In this document: piece after piece, positions 43,170 through 53,083 of the stretch
Position numbering within the stretch: position 1 is the stretch's first letter
Layout: every line of letters starts with the position of its first letter
Sequence record: NC_047995.1
Length of the DNA stretch: 64,000 nt
Direction: 5' to 3' (one strand)
Made by a program: the position numbers and the translations under genes
Notes under the pieces: model-generated
Databases searched by the model: none
Told to the model about the DNA's origin: nothing
Seen by the model: the letters and a program-made list of their open reading frames with translations, nothing else

Positions 43170-43634
43170 TTATAGCGCTAATCCAATACCAATGGCTGCT
43201 GCGATACGTGTCATCCACAGCTGGAAGTTTGCTGCCTTTTGGTCTTCAATGCGAGCTTTACGCTCTGCCACTAAATCCTCAGACAAACCGTTAGCCCTCA
43301 CTTCTTCTGCTTGGGCCAAACGCAATAGCTTGTTGCGTTCATCAATCGTGAGGTTGAGAACATCAATCAGCTTGTTGCGTTCTTCGGTACGGTCTTCTCC
43401 CGCCTTGTATAGATTGATCAAATCAACCATACCCTTATTGTCCAGCACCGCCACCTTTCTGTCATCAATCACTTTGATCTTAACAGTCGGCTTCGCAGGT
43501 ACCTTCTCGGGTGTCCACTCAACTTTGTTTATCTGCTGAATGTCCTGCATGGTTGTTTTGTGTTGCTCGTTAATGCCTGACAGCGAACTGCAACCAGAAA
43601 CGAGCAACAACAGGAGTAACGTGATTATTCTCAT
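43170..43634 (-). CDS. lipoprotein, probable o-spanin
   Basis: Signal peptide MRIITLLLLLLVSG|C with lipobox; coiled-coil body. Confidence 0.65.
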   Translation of the reverse strand: MRIITLLLLLLVSGCSSLSGINEQHKTTMQDIQQINKVEWTPEKVPAKPTVKIKVIDDRKVAVLDNKGMVDLINLYKAGEDRTEERNKLIDVLNLTIDERNKLLRLAQAEEVRANGLSEDLVAERKARIEDQKAANFQLWMTRIAAAIGIGLAL

Positions 43635-43927
43635 AGCTTATTGTACCTGTCTACCAGCTCTTCCATGCTGTCATCTTCGGACGGTGGCTTACTAACAGTC
43701 TCAGGCTTCCGCTCGTTCAGGTCCTTCACCGCATCATTAACAGTCTTGCTGTCATCGACTTGGTTCTTGATTGCCTGTTCACGCGTATTCTCAGCGGCTT
43801 TCTGCTCACCTGTCGTAGTCGAGGGCTTGGCGTTAGGGCGACGTAGCAACAACGCCGAAACGATAAGCACCGCAACAGATGCGAAAACCTTCCAGTATTT
43901 CTTAAACAACTCAATAGCCTTAGACAT
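43631..43927 (-). CDS. probable i-spanin
   Basis: N-terminal TM (WKVFASVAVLIVSALLL) then a polar periplasmic segment; overlaps the lipoprotein start. Confidence 0.55.
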   Translation of the reverse strand: MSKAIELFKKYWKVFASVAVLIVSALLLRRPNAKPSTTTGEQKAAENTREQAIKNQVDDSKTVNDAVKDLNERKPETVSKPPSEDDSMEELVDRYNKL

Positions 43928-43942
43928 AATCAGCACTCCCCG

Positions 43943-44251
43943 CTATTCTTGTTCTTCTTTCTTTGTAGCCTTGGTGGTCTGCGTGTTAATCAGGTTCTCA
44001 ACGGTAAACGCAAGGCTAAAGTAGGTCAGATGGTCAGTCTGTCCTGCTGTCAGCATACCGATGAACATGCCTGTAGACACGAACACTGCGGCGATGGAGG
44101 AGATTGGATTCGAAGTCCAATACTCTTTCCAGTTAAGGCCTTCCCGCTTGGTCTTGATCACATAGTTCATCAAGACTCCGCCAACGTATGAAAGCAAGAA
44201 GGCTACGATTTGAATCGGCGGTAGGCTTGGTACGATATCACCCATTTTCAA
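43943..44251 (-). CDS. probable holin
   Basis: 102 aa, 2-3 TM segments, charged C-terminus, next to spanin-like genes. Confidence 0.5.
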   Translation of the reverse strand: MKMGDIVPSLPPIQIVAFLLSYVGGVLMNYVIKTKREGLNWKEYWTSNPISSIAAVFVSTGMFIGMLTAGQTDHLTYFSLAFTVENLINTQTTKATKKEEQE

Positions 44252-44274
44252 TACTCCGTATCGTCAAAGAAAAG

Positions 44275-44949
44275 CTACATGAACACTGTAGCGCGTTGTT
44301 GTGGACCTACATTCATAACAGGCACGTCGAAACTTCCTTGATAACGTGCGCGAGCGGAGAGACCTGTAAGGATTGTTTGCGTATACACCTTAGAGATATC
44401 TCCTGTATTACCTTTGCGTGTGTTGCGCCGTGGTCCGATGTTATTGAGCACGTAGCTCACGTTGCCTACTGCGTCCACATAGGCGTTGAACTGTTTGCGT
44501 AGCTTCACAGGCACGCCATTTATGTATGCGGTCAACGTACCCGAGCGACGAACGAAAGCCATGTGCGTCAGGCTATTAAAGTCCGTGCGCGTTAACTGTA
44601 ACGTGAACGTGTTAGGGTGATTGGAGCTATTTTGCTGCTGGCCGTCCCAACTGAACACAAGAGCCACGTATGCCCCGAAGCCTGTATCGGTGAACATCAG
44701 ATCAAGAGCATCGCCGTCATTGTTGAGACGGTCGAATGCCAAGAACGTGCTGTATTGGTTCTGCGGATTAGTCACGTCAGACACACGAAAGTATGCCTCT
44801 ATGGTGAAGTCACCTCCACCGATAGAGATTCCTATTGGGTCCTGCATTGTCAGAGCTGCATTAGACATAGGCTGTTCTGTATAGAAGTCAGGAGAGTCAG
44901 TCCATGCGGTACGTCCAGGACGAGCAGGTAAACTGTATTGCATACACAC
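44275..44949 (-). CDS. LamG/concanavalin A-like domain virion protein
   Basis: GDFTIEAYF ... THMAFVRRSGTLTAYING. Confidence 0.75.
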   Translation of the reverse strand: MCMQYSLPARPGRTAWTDSPDFYTEQPMSNAALTMQDPIGISIGGGDFTIEAYFRVSDVTNPQNQYSTFLAFDRLNNDGDALDLMFTDTGFGAYVALVFSWDGQQQNSSNHPNTFTLQLTRTDFNSLTHMAFVRRSGTLTAYINGVPVKLRKQFNAYVDAVGNVSYVLNNIGPRRNTRKGNTGDISKVYTQTILTGLSARARYQGSFDVPVMNVGPQQRATVFM

Positions 44950-44958
44950 CCCGATACG

Positions 44959-44984
44959 AAAAAGGGAGAGCCTAAGCCCTCCCT
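44959..44984 (-). terminator. intrinsic terminator
   Basis: Minus strand AGGGAGGGC-TTAG-GCTCTCCCTTTTT. Confidence 0.7.
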
Positions 44985-44989
44985 ATAGA

Positions 44990-45229
44990 TCAAAGTTGAT
45001 CAGCGGTAATCTGACCTTCTTTGTACAGTTCGCGTTTACGCTCTTTCCACGTAGAAGTAAGCTCGGAGAAGAACTCTTTCATGCGGTCATCGTCCAGCTC
45101 GAAAGGTTGGTTCACCTCGTACTTGCTGCACAGGCCGTTGAACGTAGTCGCATATTCCTGTTGAAGGAATGATTTATCAGCACTAACGCTGAGATACTGC
45201 TGAGCCGACAGGGCTACTGATACTTGCAT
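44990..45229 (-). CDS. small hypothetical protein
   Basis: 79 aa, GAGGA RBS, own TAATTT motif and terminator. Confidence 0.75.
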   Translation of the reverse strand: MQVSVALSAQQYLSVSADKSFLQQEYATTFNGLCSKYEVNQPFELDDDRMKEFFSELTSTWKERKRELYKEGQITADQL

Positions 45230-45248
45230 GATACCATCCTCTTAGTTT

Positions 45249-45264
45249 TGACTCACTTAAATTA
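45249..45264 (-). promoter_or_regulatory. candidate promoter motif TAATTT-AAGT-GAGTCA
   Basis: Intergenic, 19 nt upstream of the ATG at 45229. Confidence 0.55.
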
Positions 45265-45864
45265 TTAAGCGAATTTCAAAACGAGGTCGTTGACGATAAC
45301 AGCTTTTGACTGGTCCGCAGGCGCAGCGCTATTGTTATAGACTTTGCCTCCCACCAGCTTCAAGTCTGCATTGGAGTTCTCGTCGCCGACAGAGCACACA
45401 GCCATGAACGCGGCAGGCACATCAGTAACACCAGTCTGCACGTTAATCGTGGTAGTCGACCCACCAAGAACGATACACCAAGTAGGCGTAGCGTCTGCCT
45501 TGAAGTAGCTCGCACGATAGTCCGAGTATGTTGCGTTGAGGCGCATGTTTAACGCTGAGGCCAACAGCACAGGAACGTTGTTAGCGTTCAGTGTCATGGC
45601 CGCCTTGTTGCCCGTAACTCCACCAACGTAATCTGCAACACGCGCAGTCGTCAGAAGACCTGGGCGATGGTACAGGGCGTTGGTGCTCGTGAGCTGCGTA
45701 CCTTCTGCGATAAGTGCGTTCAGTTCAGCTTTGGTTGGCATGGCCCCTGTATAAAACAGAATGGCGTTAGCAACCGCAGTGAATACAGTAGGCGTAGCCG
45801 ATTGTACTAGGGCGCTGTATGCGTTACGCTCCATGGCGTTCACAGTAGCAGGTAGCATTCTCAT
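45265..45864 (-). CDS. virion structural protein, short paralogue family
   Basis: LFYTGAMPT ... TPTW ... VGDENSNADLKLVGG. Confidence 0.8.
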   Translation of the reverse strand: MRMLPATVNAMERNAYSALVQSATPTVFTAVANAILFYTGAMPTKAELNALIAEGTQLTSTNALYHRPGLLTTARVADYVGGVTGNKAAMTLNANNVPVLLASALNMRLNATYSDYRASYFKADATPTWCIVLGGSTTTINVQTGVTDVPAAFMAVCSVGDENSNADLKLVGGKVYNNSAAPADQSKAVIVNDLVLKFA

Positions 45865-46775
45865 TACACGCCCTCCAGGAAGTTATCTGCGATACGAATC
45901 GTCAGGTCAGGAACAGCCATCTGACCAAACTGTCCGATAGATGCAGTGCCTGGCACAAGGTCAGTACCAATGTCCAGAACGATACCGAAGTAGTCCTCCT
46001 GTAACTGACTCATGTAGCTCTGAGTTGATGCGGCATACGCCTGAGTTAAAGGTACCAGCACCACATGAGACAGCGCAGCAACAACGAAGTCGCTACCACG
46101 TTCAGCATACGGAGTGAAGATCATGTTATCGGAGGCTGCCGTGCCGTTCATGGTCAGTCGCAGTTTACGTGCAACGAAGTCAAGACCGTCGTTCATGCCT
46201 GCAACCACGACAATGCGAGTCCACACCAGAGTGGTTGGGTCTTGATACTCCAGACGAACGTTGCCTGCGTTAATGCCTGCAATGGTTGGGATGAATAGCG
46301 AGCGGAAGCGCAAGGTACGACCGTAGTCATACTCAAGAGCATCGTTAGCGCTCCACGTACCAGCGACGCTTGGATTTATTTCGGCACCAGCACTAACCAT
46401 AGCCATAATCTGCTGAGGTGATTTGCTAACACCTGGAGTCAGCGTCAGACGACTGTACTCTGGATATACAGCAACGGTCTGGACGTTCTTCTGCGTAGTC
46501 TTGTCAAAGACAGTACGACCTTGACCATAACCACCAATAGGCATCAGACTGCGACCACGAGAGAACACACGGCAGAGCGTGTTGTTAGGATCGGCTGTCT
46601 GTTGTTGGTACTTATACTCGATAGCGCAGCGGCTGGTGGCCACTAGATCGAGAAACGATTTAGGTACGTTGTTGCTACTACCATTACGGAAGAATGCAGC
46701 GAACCCATGAGTGTTTGCTGTAGTGCCTACCGTCTGCAATAGCTGATACAGCGCAACTTTTTCAGAGACTAACAT
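45864..46775 (-). CDS. virion structural protein, long paralogue family
   Basis: LEYDYG module; TAATG coupling. Confidence 0.75.
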   Translation of the reverse strand: MLVSEKVALYQLLQTVGTTANTHGFAAFFRNGSSNNVPKSFLDLVATSRCAIEYKYQQQTADPNNTLCRVFSRGRSLMPIGGYGQGRTVFDKTTQKNVQTVAVYPEYSRLTLTPGVSKSPQQIMAMVSAGAEINPSVAGTWSANDALEYDYGRTLRFRSLFIPTIAGINAGNVRLEYQDPTTLVWTRIVVVAGMNDGLDFVARKLRLTMNGTAASDNMIFTPYAERGSDFVVAALSHVVLVPLTQAYAASTQSYMSQLQEDYFGIVLDIGTDLVPGTASIGQFGQMAVPDLTIRIADNFLEGV

Positions 46776-46786
46776 TGAGCGCCTCC

Positions 46787-47320
46787 TTAGTATTTGATGC
46801 GCATGTCAGAAAGACGCAGAGGCTGGGCAGCAGTAACGGTACCACCAAGAATCTTCATGTCCGCCGCAGAGTTTTCATCACCAACAGTACCGACGATGAT
46901 AACCTGTGCTGAGCCTGCAACTGTGAAGCCTGCAAACGTGTCAGCAGCAGAGGCAGTGGTGTTCAGACGCATCATGAACCACGTAGGAGTTCCTGACAGA
47001 GCGATGGTCGCTAAGTTCTGCTGGGCACTGAAAGGCAACTGGATAACGTTGTTCTCAATGTCCATAGGGATGTTCATGATCCCGCAAGTCACGTCACCCA
47101 AGAAGTTCGCCGCAGTAGCATACCCGCTGATAGCAGCAGCAGACCAGCCGACGCCATTGGCCACGGTGGTAATCAGCGCCATCAATTGATCATCGGTGGG
47201 CATAGTGCCTGAGAACAAGCCAATGTGGATGTTGTTCGCACCTGTGTTAGAGGAAGGAGGCATTCGTGTATTGATTGCACACATGGCGCCAAACGAGTTG
47301 TATGCTTTAGATACGCGCAT
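46787..47320 (-). CDS. virion structural protein, short paralogue family
   Basis: IGLFSGTMPT ... GTPTWF ... VGTVGDENSAADMKILGG. Confidence 0.8.
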   Translation of the reverse strand: MRVSKAYNSFGAMCAINTRMPPSSNTGANNIHIGLFSGTMPTDDQLMALITTVANGVGWSAAAISGYATAANFLGDVTCGIMNIPMDIENNVIQLPFSAQQNLATIALSGTPTWFMMRLNTTASAADTFAGFTVAGSAQVIIVGTVGDENSAADMKILGGTVTAAQPLRLSDMRIKY

Positions 47321-47321
47321 A

Positions 47322-48383
47322 TTAGTATACCTCCAATGTAATAGGTTTGTACGATACAGTGAACGAGCTAACAGCCTGCTCCTGCCCTGGATAAGCAGTG
47401 GTGTCAGTCATCAACAGGTCGAAGTTCGCTGCCTGTTTGATATCGTCAGTGATAGTCAGACCGTAGTGCGGGAAGAAGCGCCCGTACGAGTTCTGTGCCA
47501 TGGAATTAGACATAGCAGGCATGCCGTATGCAGTACCGAAGCCGTGGGGGAACATAACAGCGTGTTGCACTTTTCCCAGAGTACGCAGCGAAGTACCCGA
47601 AGCGTAGTCACCATAGAAGTGCAGAGCGAACGTACCGATGCCGATGAAGAACGGGTTGGTTGCGGCTTTCGATACGATACGGAAGCGACGGCCCTGAACA
47701 GTAGCAGGCAGTTGGAAGAACTTCTCAACGTTCGTCTGAGTGTTATACAGGTTAGCCTGCAGGTTCGTCACATCCGTCCAAGAGCTACCGTTCTGCACCT
47801 GCAAGAACAGCATGTTTGCTGCAACGTTAGTGAAGAGGTTGTTGTTTGCGGTAGTCAGCGTCAGGCCAGCCAGAGAATTGACAACTACATCGGCACCGAA
47901 GTCGTACTCGGCAAGAGTCCACGAACCATCAGCGTTCTTCGTCTTGACTGTAGGAACAGAAGCACCTGCAGGAGGAGCAGTACACGGAGCAATGGTGGCC
48001 GTTGAAGTAGACGCAGCACGGTGCCACAGGATTGTAGCGAACAGCATATCCAGCTGCTGCTGCGCACTCGCAATACCTGTATCAACAAGATCCTGATAGG
48101 ACGTGCTGTATGAGGCGAACGTTACTTTTGGCAGAACGCGTTTGCCACGAAAACCAGGAACGGTAGTCCATGCCGGATATGGAGAGCACTGGAGACTTGC
48201 CGCTGTAGTGGGCAGTAACTGGTGTTGACCAGCACCCAGCTGAGTCTGCAAGAACGCACGTCCACTGAGCATGTTGTTCAGGACAGTCTGCATGTCGTAG
48301 TTGACAGGGTTAGGAAGATTCCCTTCCATGAAAGCACCGAACATTACGGTCGGAGTGTTTTGATAAATCGGTAGAATTTTCAT
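47322..48383 (-). CDS. virion structural protein, long paralogue family
   Basis: AEYDFGA ... ITDDIKQAANFDLLM, shared with 48966..50057. Confidence 0.8.
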   Translation of the reverse strand: MKILPIYQNTPTVMFGAFMEGNLPNPVNYDMQTVLNNMLSGRAFLQTQLGAGQHQLLPTTAASLQCSPYPAWTTVPGFRGKRVLPKVTFASYSTSYQDLVDTGIASAQQQLDMLFATILWHRAASTSTATIAPCTAPPAGASVPTVKTKNADGSWTLAEYDFGADVVVNSLAGLTLTTANNNLFTNVAANMLFLQVQNGSSWTDVTNLQANLYNTQTNVEKFFQLPATVQGRRFRIVSKAATNPFFIGIGTFALHFYGDYASGTSLRTLGKVQHAVMFPHGFGTAYGMPAMSNSMAQNSYGRFFPHYGLTITDDIKQAANFDLLMTDTTAYPGQEQAVSSFTVSYKPITLEVY

Positions 48384-48453
48384 ATCATGCCCTTGGTTTA
48401 AAGACAGTTCAAATTAATGAGGTGACGCCCGTTCAAGGACGCCACCCGCAGCA

Positions 48454-48969
48454 TTACAGTTGGATAGTCTGATCGAGGAAGCGGTACGCTTGCCCAGTCT
48501 TAATCTGACCGCCAATGAACTGGAGTTCAGCATCAGAGCCTTCCGCACCAACAGTACCAATCCACACAGGACCTGCAAGGGCTGCGCTATAGTTGAAGCC
48601 TACCCACGTTGCTAAGGTGTTCGCAGGACAAATACGTGCAATGTAGTACGTAGGCGTACCGTCTGCCACACCTGTCAGCGTACTAACCATACCACCGAAC
48701 GGCAGCGTCACTGTACGAGCACCTACGTTAACGATAGGCGTCATCGCAGAACAAGCAACGGAACCCAGGTAGTCCGCCTGCAACACACCCAGAGTGGTAA
48801 GCACCGTCTGGAAGTTAAGAGCAGGGCTGGCTGCCATAATGTTGAAGATCTTATTTAGATCTGGACGTGTGCCTTTAAACAGACCGATATGCAACGTGTT
48901 AACTGCGATTGCGGTAGCAGGGAACGCAGCATTCATTGCTGAGAGTGAAGCACCTTTGTTGCTAATCAT
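48454..48969 (-). CDS. virion structural protein, short paralogue family
   Basis: IGLFKGTRP ... GTPTYY ... IGTVGAEGSDAELQFIGG. Confidence 0.8.
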   Translation of the reverse strand: MISNKGASLSAMNAAFPATAIAVNTLHIGLFKGTRPDLNKIFNIMAASPALNFQTVLTTLGVLQADYLGSVACSAMTPIVNVGARTVTLPFGGMVSTLTGVADGTPTYYIARICPANTLATWVGFNYSAALAGPVWIGTVGAEGSDAELQFIGGQIKTGQAYRFLDQTIQL

Positions 48970-50057
48970 ACGCCCCTCCCGACGATTGTGGACAGCTTAA
49001 CGCGAAACGTCGGCACGTCAACCAGACCAAACGTCGTCAGATTGTACTGTGCTTTCTGCATCAGGATATCAAAGTTCGCGGCCTGCTTGAGGTCATCCGT
49101 GATAGAATAGTGTGACATTGTGCAGTAGCGACTCTGAACCGTAGCAGGCGCAGCAGGCACATTGAATGTCCAACCACTGGTATTCACGTAGGATGAGGCC
49201 CACTGTAACTGTAGCGCCGTCATGTGCTTGAACTTGCCTAACGTGCGCGGCTTGATGCCTGTGTACGTACCGTAGAATTGCAGAGCGAATGGATAGAAGC
49301 CTGTAGTTCCCCAAGGCCATGTGACAGCCTTGTTGACTAGTCTAAACTTCTGGGCTTTAAACGTATTCGGCAGATCGTACAGCACCACTGTGTTGTTCGC
49401 AGTTGTGCGCAGATTGTCATACGTGTGAATAACATCCGTCCATACGTCATCAACCAGCGCCTGAATGTAGGTCTGCTGTGTACCGAGAATCATCTGCGCT
49501 GCCGCTGCCGCTCCCATAGAGAACGCTGCAAAGCTACCCAGTTCAATCTCCGCACCGAAGTCATACTCAGCACACAGGAACCAACCCTCTTGCGTCAGGT
49601 TATACTGGGAGCTTAGGTTATGGCCTGCCATGTTAACCAGGAAGCTATCTCCAGTTATGCCAGTACGATGCGCCAGCATACATGTAGCGATGCCTTCGAG
49701 ATATGTGTTAGCAGTGCCTGCAAAGCGAGCGTCCAGAGGTGGTAGTTTAATCTTCGGAATGATGCGCGTCTTCGTTTTCAGCGGAGCCATGTAGCCTTGA
49801 TTGAGCGCACTGCTGGTCAGCTCAATCCACGCAGGATATAGGCGTGCTGTGTCAAATCCTGGAGCTGCATAAGGCAGATACTGCAAGCGGCCTGGAGAAG
49901 TGGTCAGGCCGCTACGCACGAACATACGCAAAGCAATGGCTTCGTTGATAGCGCTATGCAGTGACTTTTCACCGTTCTCAGGAGCATCTGTATCATACAG
50001 AAGACCTAAACTGATAACGGAGCCCATGTTCAAATTCGCGTAAGGAAAAAGTTCCAT
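48966..50057 (-). CDS. virion structural protein, long paralogue family
   Basis: AEYDFGA ... ITDDLKQAANFDILM. Confidence 0.8.
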   Translation of the reverse strand: MELFPYANLNMGSVISLGLLYDTDAPENGEKSLHSAINEAIALRMFVRSGLTTSPGRLQYLPYAAPGFDTARLYPAWIELTSSALNQGYMAPLKTKTRIIPKIKLPPLDARFAGTANTYLEGIATCMLAHRTGITGDSFLVNMAGHNLSSQYNLTQEGWFLCAEYDFGAEIELGSFAAFSMGAAAAAQMILGTQQTYIQALVDDVWTDVIHTYDNLRTTANNTVVLYDLPNTFKAQKFRLVNKAVTWPWGTTGFYPFALQFYGTYTGIKPRTLGKFKHMTALQLQWASSYVNTSGWTFNVPAAPATVQSRYCTMSHYSITDDLKQAANFDILMQKAQYNLTTFGLVDVPTFRVKLSTIVGRGV

Positions 50058-50058
50058 G

Positions 50059-50637
50059 TTAGCTCCATACGATGTTGTTGAGGTTGATAGTACCCGTCAA
50101 GCTGAAAGTACCGTCACCGTTGTCCGTTAACGGAGCGCCCATAGCAATCAAATCCTGAGGTGTGAACTCGAAGACAGATGCAATGCCTGCGGTTGCTGGT
50201 GCGAGCGCTGTCGTGTTCTGACTGATGAACAGGTACATGCGATTGAAAGGCTTCGCGTAGCTGAAACGTCCGAGCAGGTTGTTCAGGTCGAGCATACGCT
50301 TGCCTTGACCTAAGTTGACGACACGCACGTTACCGGTAGAGGCCATGGTAGTGTCCATCACGCAGCCCGGCACGTTAGCGGCAAGATATGTACGCAACGT
50401 GTTCAGACTAAACAGTGCTTGCGCTTGGTTTGCCCACGTAGTGTCAGGGATTGTTGTGCCAGCAGAGAACGCGATTGCACCAGCAGGTTCAGCAGAGATA
50501 GGACTGCCACCGCCCTGAACAGTACCTGCGTTGAACGCGACAACAGTGTTAGGCATCCACGGTGAATCCACAGCAGGGTTAGCCACAGAGCCGAGAGCAT
50601 CACCGCGCATATTGAGCATAGCTTTTGAAACGTACAT
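50059..50637 (-). CDS. probable virion structural protein
   Basis: 192 aa, MYVSKA start like 46787..47320 (MRVSKA). Confidence 0.7.
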   Translation of the reverse strand: MYVSKAMLNMRGDALGSVANPAVDSPWMPNTVVAFNAGTVQGGGSPISAEPAGAIAFSAGTTIPDTTWANQAQALFSLNTLRTYLAANVPGCVMDTTMASTGNVRVVNLGQGKRMLDLNNLLGRFSYAKPFNRMYLFISQNTTALAPATAGIASVFEFTPQDLIAMGAPLTDNGDGTFSLTGTINLNNIVWS

Positions 50638-51536
50638 TAGTTGCTCCTCTGGCTAAAGCGCAGTTTAGGACAGTACATGACTGTCTTCTGAGCTGGGATG
50701 ATATCGCCAATGATCTTGAACGGACCCTGCGTACCAACAGCATCGGCAGCAAACATAATCTCGTCGCTGTAGTTGATATCACCGTGCGTGAGTGTGTTGC
50801 AGTGCGCCAGTGCTGCCCATGTAGGAGCAGTTGCCGGTGAGGACGAAGGTACATCCACAGCAGACAGTAGAATCATCGGAGCCTGCGCAGCAACGCCATC
50901 AGGTTTCAAACGATATTTCTTAGACGCGACAGGAGCAGACAGCACCAGACAGTTAGCATCACCAGGAAGGACTGAACTTGTGCCGAGAGCGGACTCTACG
51001 CCTTCATCGCTAACAGCAAGCAGGGCGAAACCGTTAGTAGGCGCCGACCCGTACTTGAGGTACTTGATTGTCACAGGCGTATCGAACTCGAAGTCAATCG
51101 CTGCTCCTGCAAGACGCGCATTAGGAACCGCGTAGCTGCCGCCACCCATCAGTGTTGCGATACTCCGATCAGTATAATCTGATCGCACGATACGATGAGG
51201 CACAAGCTGATAAACCACAGTGTTAGCGCTGCCAATGGTCCCATAGTACGAAGCTCCCTTAGGGATATACTGAGACTGCAAGGCAAGAGTGAGAACGTTT
51301 CCGTTTTCAAGACCGCTAATAGGTGCACGAATCATGCCGATGGATTTGTTGAACATATCCGCGACTGATTTGTTATTGAAGGCTGCTTCAAAGCCCTCTT
51401 TGGACGTAGGCAGTTTACCTGTGAAAGCAAAGATGTTCCAACCAGCACCAACGTTAGGGTCATTAACTAACGTGGCTGTGTTTGCACCTGTACCTAGAAC
51501 TGACTGCGCCATGATGCGATTATTGATAATCTTCAT
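50637..51536 (-). CDS. probable virion structural protein (paralogue family)
   Basis: FAFTGKLPT and IDFEFDTPV modules. Confidence 0.7.
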   Translation of the reverse strand: MKIINNRIMAQSVLGTGANTATLVNDPNVGAGWNIFAFTGKLPTSKEGFEAAFNNKSVADMFNKSIGMIRAPISGLENGNVLTLALQSQYIPKGASYYGTIGSANTVVYQLVPHRIVRSDYTDRSIATLMGGGSYAVPNARLAGAAIDFEFDTPVTIKYLKYGSAPTNGFALLAVSDEGVESALGTSSVLPGDANCLVLSAPVASKKYRLKPDGVAAQAPMILLSAVDVPSSSPATAPTWAALAHCNTLTHGDINYSDEIMFAADAVGTQGPFKIIGDIIPAQKTVMYCPKLRFSQRSN

Positions 51537-51991
51537 TAGCTCACCACCGGTGCTACAGATTTGTTGTTAGCTTTAGTGTCAGACAGGTCAAGCTCACCAA
51601 CAGTTACACGGAAGACGATGTTATCAAACAGCGCGTCGATTGTCTGCGTCGTAACGAACTGGCCACTAACGAGCGGAATATCCTGACGAGGCACCGCGAG
51701 ATTTGATGCAAAGGTACGCGGCGTGAACTTACTTGCCACCTGACCGAGGACAAGAGCAACAAGAGCGATCTGGTCGTTCGCAGAAATCTGCTGGCGCTGC
51801 ATCCACGTCCACTTATTCGCCGAGTAGCCTGCTGAGGCAACGTCGTTAACACGTTGATCAGGCACGAGGGAAACCGACTCGTTGGTAACACGCGTATAAG
51901 GCTGCGAGGCAGAACTTATTTCAAGCTGCGACATGACGAACACGAAGTCCGCAAACATATCTGGGTCATATGCAATGACTGGCACAAACAT
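51536..51991 (-). CDS. probable virion structural protein
   Basis: 151 aa in the coupled array. Confidence 0.7.
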   Translation of the reverse strand: MFVPVIAYDPDMFADFVFVMSQLEISSASQPYTRVTNESVSLVPDQRVNDVASAGYSANKWTWMQRQQISANDQIALVALVLGQVASKFTPRTFASNLAVPRQDIPLVSGQFVTTQTIDALFDNIVFRVTVGELDLSDTKANNKSVAPVVS

Positions 51992-51993
51992 GA

Positions 51994-53082
51994 TTAGGCT
52001 CCTTGGCGTAATGCGTAGTTGTCGATGATAGGCGTGTACGCAGCGTTACCGCCACCATAGCCACCCGTAATCTGCACACCCTGACCGACAGGCTTGAGTA
52101 CACGGTACGTGAACGTATCGACCACAGCTCCGTTGATAGATACGGTATGTGTTGCCGTAACATCGTCGTACTCATACTTGAGATGCACAACGCTTCCGCC
52201 CCACAGAGCAGCGTAAGGTGAGATAGCACGAGCAACTTTAACACCAGCAGAACCGCCACCAACGTTGTTCCAGATCACCAAACCTCTTTCGTTCGATCTG
52301 TCAAAAGAGATCGTGAAGCGGTCCGACAGTGACGTACTGGAACGGAACAAAGACCACTCCGCATAATCAGCATTACCCGTCTGGTGATAGTCACACTCGA
52401 TGGTGAAGGATTTGCTTGGGTCAAACGTAGCAACAGTCGTGATAGCAATCAGACCATTAGTGCCCAGGTCAACGCCCAATCCATCAGCAGCAGGTTTGGC
52501 GTTACCTGTAACGGCCACCGCATTCCCGTTGAGATCGGTGAACGAGCCTGTGTTGAAGTTACTGAATGAGAAAGCAACCTGCTCGGTGCCTGTCAGCCAA
52601 TCTACTTCGGAAGTTTCCGCCCACATCTGCGTCAGATTTACTGAGAACGCATTGATCGTTACCTGAGTCTTGTATCCGTTCGGGTCATAGCGAACAACAA
52701 GGTCAGGATAGAGCAGCGTAACATCAGGCCCGACCTGCAGGCAGATAGGTAAGATGCCACCGAGAATCAGGTGAGTAGGAACGCCCTCCGCAGTAGCAGT
52801 CAACTGGCAGTCAGAGATAGACAGTTTGGTGCGCGAGATACTACGGACGCAGTTTGTGCCTTTAGCAAGCACGGTACAGATGCCACTCGACGCAGCAAGC
52901 GCAGCATCAAACACATAGCCAGCACCTGTAGCAGCCTGGAAGTTTAGGCACTTGTTCAGGTCTGCCTCAACGAATCCACTGTTCAGCTTAACCAGATAAC
53001 AGGACTTGTCGTCTGCCGTGGCATGAGAAAACAATCGTGATAGTTGAGGCACGACAGAGTTTGCGAATAACTTATAGTTCAT
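51994..53082 (-). CDS. virion protein with C-terminal LamG/ConA-like domain
   Basis: ATG 53082 after GAGGT; SFTIECDY ... HTVSINGAVV. Confidence 0.7.
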   Translation of the reverse strand: MNYKLFANSVVPQLSRLFSHATADDKSCYLVKLNSGFVEADLNKCLNFQAATGAGYVFDAALAASSGICTVLAKGTNCVRSISRTKLSISDCQLTATAEGVPTHLILGGILPICLQVGPDVTLLYPDLVVRYDPNGYKTQVTINAFSVNLTQMWAETSEVDWLTGTEQVAFSFSNFNTGSFTDLNGNAVAVTGNAKPAADGLGVDLGTNGLIAITTVATFDPSKSFTIECDYHQTGNADYAEWSLFRSSTSLSDRFTISFDRSNERGLVIWNNVGGGSAGVKVARAISPYAALWGGSVVHLKYEYDDVTATHTVSINGAVVDTFTYRVLKPVGQGVQITGGYGGGNAAYTPIIDNYALRQGA

Positions 53083-53083
53083 G

